Assembly (NCBI GenBank): GCA_038087875.1
Contig: CM075981.1
Coordinates: forward strand, 66,650,001 to 66,714,000
DNA: 64,000 bases
Direction: 5' to 3'
DNA from: Malacoraja senta
Taxonomy: Eukaryota
Below, in pieces: positions 62,576 to 64,000 of the stretch. Position numbers and translations under genes: made by a program. The notes beneath the pieces were generated by a model. The model saw only the letters and a program-made list of their open reading frames with translations, made no database searches and was not told the origin of the DNA. The first letter of the stretch is position 1. Each line of letters begins with the position of its first letter.

Positions 62576-63215
62576 CTTCAGGTGAGGCAGAGGTTCACTC
62601 GCACCTCGTCTACTTTATCCGCTGTTCCAGGCAAAGATCATAGCTCTATAATCTTTGGTTCCAGGTGTGGACTCCGAAATATCGGCGAGACCAAGCGCAG
62701 GCTGGGCGATCATTTCGCTGAACACCTCCGCTCAGTCCACCTAAACCTATGTGATCTCCCGGTTGCTAAACACTCCCTCCCATTCAATGGAAATTGGAGG
62801 AACAGCACCTAATATTTCACATGGGCAGCTTAACCCAGCGGTATGAATATTGACAGCTAACTTCAAGGAACCCTTGCTTTTCCTTTCTCTCCATCTCTCC
62901 CCTATCCTAGTTCTCCAACCAGTCTGACTGTCCTCCTGATTAAATTTTATCTTTGGATGCTTCGTTGTCAGCTTCCCCAGGCTAACAATGATCTATTCTA
63001 CATCTTCTTTGAACTTTGTCCCCTTTGATCTTGTTTTCACACCTCACCCTTCCGTATCTCTGTTTCCCACTCCCCTGACTCTCTGTCTGAAGATGGGTCT
63101 CAACCTGAAATGTCACCCATTCCTCCTATCCAAAGATGCAGCCTGTCCTGCTGAGTTAGTCTCGCATTTTCTGTCTTTCTTTGGTGTAAACCAACATCTG
63201 CAGTTCCTTCCAGCA
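62576..63215 (+). mobile_element. Penelope-like retroelement 3' fragment: GIY-YIG endonuclease remnant plus terminal repeat with hammerhead-like motif
   Basis: SRCGLRNIGETKRRLGDHFAEHLRSV...PVAKH matches the PLE C..C...YIGET.R.L..R..EH motif. CTGAAGA...GAAA at 63087-63114. ATTGACTA direct repeats flank it. Confidence 0.82.
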
Positions 63216-63451
63216 CATTGACTATTGCTCCCTTGATCCCTGCCGAATGTTCTCGTAGATCAATGACAAGACAAAGATTTCATACATTTGTAATATATGA
63301 AGAATTGTAGGTAAGAGAGTTATTGGAAACCACCACACTGTCTTGAGGATCCCTTCCCTATGTTAGGCAAGGAAGTGCTCTAGGGACAGAAGGAATCTAC
63401 CTCAATCACACAGACTAAGCAGTGGCCTTTGACATAGGATAGTTAAACTAC

Positions 63452-63580
63452 GTCTGAAGCAGAGTCTCGACCCAAACTGTCACCCATTCCTTTTTTCCAG
63501 AGATGTTGCCTGATCTGCTGAGTTACTCCAGTTTTGTCTCTATATTCGGTTTAAACCAGCATCTGCAGTTCCTTCCCACA
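63452..63580 (+). mobile_element. PLE 3' end remnant
   Basis: GTCTGAAGCAGAGTCTCGACCC...CCAGCATCTGCAGTTCCTTCC. Confidence 0.7.
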
Positions 63581-63844
63581 CAATAGTACCCAGTATGGCT
63601 GATCTGAACTACACCGGTCAAGGCATGACAACTGTGAAGAGATGTTCTAATCAAATATGGAAAGTTTCCCCATCCTTCATTCCTGCATGCATAATGTTCC
63701 ATTCTTGGGGAGATCATCATCAAATGCCTATTTTCTGTAGCCCAGCAGGTCACCCTTATAAAGAAGGCTGGAGGTCAGAACCGAGAGCTGATGATAATAC
63801 GACATGTATCTCAGCACAGGTCCTCTCACACTTCACTGTGGGGC

Positions 63845-64000
63845 AGGCATGGTGAAGCTTGCAGCTCCAGAGATGCAGGTTTGATCCGGAGCTCCGGTGC
63901 TGTCTGCAAGGAGTTTGCATGTTGACCCTGTCATTGTATAGGTTTCCCTAGCTCCCTGGTTTCCTCCCTCATCTGTTTGACACGAGGCTTGATGGATTAC
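63845..64000 (+). mobile_element. Degenerate V-SINE, running to the window edge
   Basis: GGTTTGATCC B box and GGAGTTTGCATGTT...GGTTTCCTCCC V-domain. Confidence 0.55.

Overview
Eukaryotic, repeat-rich DNA that is almost entirely non-coding. The repeat complement (HE1-type V-SINEs, abundant CR1 LINEs, Deu-domain SINEs, Penelope-like remnants) points to a cartilaginous fish, probably a skate or ray; this is inference. I recognise no host protein-coding exon. The only protein-like ORFs are fragments of transposable elements (CR1, Rex1/Babar, L1, Tx1, Penelope GIY-YIG, Tc1 DD34E). A broad CpG-rich domain (~17.3-34.5 kb) peaks at ~26.7-34 kb. It looks like the promoter and non-coding first exon(s) of an unidentified, probably neuronal gene on the minus strand, with a TATA-like box, a (GA)32 tract, uORFs, splice donors and a near-perfect REST/RE1 site. 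Highlights: (1) many Penelope-like 3' ends carrying a minimal hammerhead-ribozyme motif, often as fold-back insertions with target-site duplications (TSDs); (2) an intact-ended 1.36-kb non-autonomous Helitron carrying a 141-bp GC-rich minisatellite that reads as a 304-codon ORF and resembles repeated intron/exon units; (3) two inverted IR/DR Tc1 (Passport-like) copies that share inactivating lesions and bracket the promoter, one of them a chimera of two variants; (4) a Harbinger-type MITE; (5) two clear template-switch rearrangements; (6) a 23+22-bp dimeric minisatellite. Element boundaries without TSD support are approximate.
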